Shown piece by piece: positions 60,453-64,000 of a stretch of 64,000 nt of DNA. Made by a program: the position numbers and the translations under genes. Every line of letters begins with the position of its first letter. Positions within the stretch are counted from its first letter, which is position 1. Below the pieces are notes generated by a model. It saw only the letters and a list, made by a program, of their open reading frames with translations. It was not told where the DNA came from and did no database searches. The DNA is taken from the NCBI GenBank assembly GCA_963717935.1, contig CAVQXP010000004.1:960001-1024000 (forward strand), written 5' to 3'. This DNA is from Candidatus Eiseniibacteriota bacterium. Its GTDB lineage: Bacteria; Eisenbacteria; RBG-16-71-46.

Positions 60453-60723
60453 CGGATTCTCCTTCGATCGTGTTCGACATGTCCCGGTCGTGGACATGGC
60501 AAGAAGGCAGGCAGCGCCCTCGATGAACCTCGCTTTCCCGCCCGGTCGAAGGTCATGACCCTGTCAAGAATCATATATCATCAGGGGCGCGTCGGATATG
60601 ACGATCTTCACTCCGCTGCGGGCGCAGGAGTCGCGCGAAGGGGCCCCGGAGCACGCGCCCTGCCACCCGACGCACTGCGGCCCGTCCCGGGTGCGGGGTG
60701 GGCCGCGGCGCTCGCAGGCGGGT

Positions 60724-63471
60724 CTACGTCTCGCGGGGCTCCGGCGCCTCGGGGTCGAGCCCGAGGTCCGCGATCGCCCGCGCCACGGCCGCCGGCTCGA
60801 CCTGGCCCTCGCGCGCGAGCGCCGCGAGCGTGGCCACCACGATGTGCTCGGCGTCCACCTCGAAGTGCCGGCGCAGGGCCTCACGCGTGTCGCTGCGGCC
60901 GAAGCCGTCGGTGCCGAGCGGGGTGAACGAGCGCGGCACCCAGCGGGACACCATGTCGGGCAGGGCCTTCAGGAAGTCCGAGGCTGCGATGACCGGGCCC
61001 GGCGCGTCGCCGAGCGTGGCCGTCACGTAGGGGATGCGCGGCGCCTCGAGCGGGTGAAGGCGGTTCCAGCGCTCGACGGTGAGCGCCTCGTTCCGGAGCT
61101 GCTGGTAGGACGTCACGCTCCACACGTCGGCCGCGACGTCGTAGCGCTCCGCCAGATCTCCTGCGCCCGCAGGGCCTCGCGCAGGATGACGCCGCTGCCG
61201 AAGAGCTGCGCGCGTCTCGCGCCGCTCGCCGCCCCTCGCGGAAGAGGTACAGGCCCCGGAGGATGCCCTCCTCCACGCCGTCGGGCATCGGCGGCCATGG
61301 GGTAGTCCTCGTTGTAGAGCGTCAGGTAGTAGAAGACGTCCTCGCCCCTGCGGTACATGCGCTCGAGGCCCTCGCGCACGATGACCGCCGTCTCGAACGC
61401 CCAGGCCGGGTCGTAGGCGAGCAGGTTCGGGATGACCGAGGCGAGCACGTGGCTGTGGCCGTCCTCGTGCTGCAGCCCCTCGCCGTTGAGCGTGGTGCGG
61501 CCCGCGGTGGCGCCGAGCAGGAAGCCGCGCCCGCGCGCGTCGGCGAAGGCCCAGGCGAAATCGCCGGTCCGCTGGAAGCCGAACATCGAGTAGAAGACGT
61601 AGAAGGGGATCATGGGCTCGCCGTGCGTGGCGTACGACGTGCCCGCCGCGGTGAACGAGGCCATCGAGCCGGCCTCGGTGATGCCTTCCTCGAGCACCTG
61701 CCCGTCGGCCTTCTCGAGGTAGGAGAGGTAGACGTTCGAGTCCACGGGCTCGTAGCGCTGCCCGCCCGCGGCGTAGATGCCGACCTCCTTGAACAGCACC
61801 TCGAGGCCGAAGGTGCGCGCCTCGTCGGGGATGATGGGCACGACGCGCCGGCCCCAGGCGGGATCGCGGATCAGGTTCCGCAGCAGCTTGGCGAAGGCCA
61901 TGGTGGTCGAGACGGCCTGGTCCGCGCGCGTGCCCTCGAAGAACTCGGCGAACACCGCGTCCTGCGGCTTCGCCAGCGGCTGCGCGCGCACGATGCGCCG
62001 GGGCAGGCAGCCGCCGAGCCGGCGCCGGCGCTCGATCAGGTAGCTTCACCTCGGGGCTCTCCGGTCCCGGGTGGTAGTAGGGCGCGTCCTTGAGCCGGTC
62101 GTCGGGGATGGGCAGCTGGAGCCGGTCGCGGAACTTGCGCAGCTCCTCCTCGTTCATCTTCTTCTGCTGGTGCGCGACGTTGCGCGCCTCGGTGGTCCCG
62201 CCCAGCGTCCAGCCCTTGACGGTCTTGGCGAGGATGACCGTGGGCTTGCCCTTGAAGTTCACCGCCGCCGTGTAGGCCGCGTAGAGCTTGCGGTAGTCGT
62301 GCCCGCCGCGGCGCAGCTTCTTCAGCTCGTCGTCGCTCAGGTGACTCCACCAGCTTGAGCAGCCGCGGGTCGCGTCCGAAGAAGTGCTGGCGGATGTAGG
62401 CGCCGTTCTCGATCGAGTAGCGCTGCCACTCGCCGTCCACGGTGTCGTTCATGGCCTCGACCAGCACGCCGTCGTAGTCCTGCGCGAGCAGTGGATCCCA
62501 CTCGCGGCCCCAGATGACCTTGATGACGTTCCAGCCGGCCCCGGTGTAGAGCGCCTCGAGCTCCTGGATGATCTTGCCGTTGCCGCGCACCGGGCCGTCG
62601 AGCCGCTGCAGGTTGCAGTTCACGACGAAGGTCAGGTTGTCGAGCCCCTCGCGGCCCGCGAGCGCGAGCCCGCCGGAGCGACTCCGGCTCGTCCGTCTCG
62701 CCGTCGCCGAGGAAGGCCCAGACGCGCTGCTTCGAGGTGTCGGCGAAGCCGCGGGCGTGCAGGTAGCGGTTGAAGCGCGCCTGGTAGACCGCGTTGAGCG
62801 GGCCCAGTCCCATCGAGACCGTGGGGAACTCCCAGCAGTCGGGCATGAGTCGCGGGTGCGGGTAGGAGGAGAGCCCGAGCCCGCCGACCTCCTGGCGGAA
62901 GTGGTCGAGCTGCTGCTCGCTGATGCGGCCCTGCAGGAAGCCGCGGGCGTAGATGCCGGGCGCGGCGTGGCCCTGGAAGAAGACCTGGTCGCCGGGCGCG
63001 TCGTCCTTGCCGCGGAAGAAGTGGTTGAAGCCCATCTCGTAGAGCGAGGCGCTCGAGGCGTAGGTGGCCAGGTGCCCGCCGAGGCCGGGGAACAGCGTGG
63101 TTGGCGCGCAGCACCATGACCACGGCGTTCCAGCGGATGATGCGGCGGATGCGGTGCTCCATCTCCTCGTCGCCCTGGAAGGGCGGCTCCTGCTCGGGGG
63201 AGATGGTGTTGATGTAGCGCGACTGCACCAGCCCCGGCAGCCCGATGTGCAGCATGCGCGCCCGCTTGAGCAGCTTGCGCAGCAGGAAGTCGGCCCGCTC
63301 GTGCCCGTGCGTCAGGACGACGCCGTCCAGCGCCGCGGTCCACTCGCGCGTCTCGACCGGGTCGGGGTCGGGCAGCTGCCGCTTGAAGCCGTCCAGCTGG
63401 CCGAGCCGGTAGCCCTCGCCGGGCTCGAGTTCGTCGTGCTCGCTCAGCGCCTCGTCGTCGGTGATGCCCAT
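60724..63471 (-). CDS. aceE: Pyruvate dehydrogenase E1, homodimeric type (about 7 frameshifts)
   Basis: [29 protein letters not shown] motif [47 protein letters not shown], spread across all three frames. Confidence 0.92.
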
Positions 63472-63648
63472 GGGGCCTCGTTCTCTTCCGGGTCTGCGCG
63501 GCCGTGTCCTTCGACGTTCGGATGCGGCGGGGGCGGTCCCGGCGCACGTTCCGGAGCCGGAGCCCGCAGGATAGCGCAGGAACCGCCCGGCCGCCCCCCT
63601 GCAGGCTGTCCGGGGCTGCCGGGCGGTGCCCCCGCCGCCCCCGCGGGC

Positions 63649-64000
63649 CTACGACGTCTGCGGCTGGTGCCGGTCGAGGGCCTCGCGCAGCTTCTGCGCG
63701 ACCTGCTGGATGCGATAGGGCTTGGCCACGAAGCTCATCGCGCCCGCCGCCACCCACGAGGACTGGCTCTCCACCGTGGCGTAGCCGCTCGCGATGACGA
63801 CCGGCAGGCCCGGCATCAGCTTCCGCACCTCGCGCAGGACACTCTCGCCCGAGATGCCCGGCAGGGTCAGGTCAAGGAGCATCACGTCCACGTGTGGCTC
63901 TCCCTGGCGGAGGATCTCGAGCGCCTGTTCCCCGGTCTCCACCGCCAGCACGTCGAAGCCGTGAAGTTGCAGGCCGGTGCGCGCCAGGGCCCGCAGACCC
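63649..64000 (-). CDS. C-terminal receiver domain, probably of a hybrid sensor kinase (runs off the right edge)
   Basis: [27 protein letters not shown]. Confidence 0.75.
   Translation of the reverse strand, partial: GLRALARTGLQLHGFDVLAVETGEQALEILRQGEPHVDVMLLDLTLPGISGESVLREVRKLMPGLPVVIASGYATVESQSSWVAAGAMSFVAKPYRIQQVAQKLREALDRHQPQTS

Noticed and set aside
60560..60585. AT-rich tract (TGTCAAGAATCATATATCATCA) as a Fur-like box
   Set aside because: Poor match to the 7-1-7 inverted repeat; may only be a promoter UP/-35 region.

Overview
Very GC-rich bacterial chromosomal window from a diderm organism. PorV, type IX-like C-terminal sorting domains and the high GC suggest an FCB-associated lineage such as Ca. 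Eisenbacteria (inference only). Left to right: partial group 3b (sulf)hydrogenase beta-like gene; nucleoside ABC/BMP/tdk cluster; kdp operon with two unannotated microproteins and kdpDE; glycogen debranching enzyme; alpha/beta hydrolase; an Ehr-type (hydrogenase-4-like but NiFe-less) membrane complex with an embedded HTH-PTS EIIA gene; udk; an M16-like protein; a 20/21-bp tandem repeat; rpiB-add-secreted protein; iorAB plus an ADP-forming acyl-CoA ligase; an outer-membrane locus (TonB-dependent receptor, PorV-like barrel, two lipoproteins, CTD-bearing secreted proteins, one with tandem OB folds); E2-lipB-iscA-nadA-lipA; sixA; metH; hicBA; GNAT; a large lipoprotein; frameshifted aceE; a partial receiver domain. 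The best candidate for an undescribed system is the TBDR-PorV-CTD locus (37-48 kb) with its paralog coupled to adenosine deaminase, possibly a nucleic acid/nucleoside foraging system. Several single-base indels (hyfB-like gene, TBDR, aceE, probably tdk) look like sequencing errors. No rRNA, tRNA, CRISPR array or transposase was recognised. All calls are from motif recognition by eye; no searches were run.
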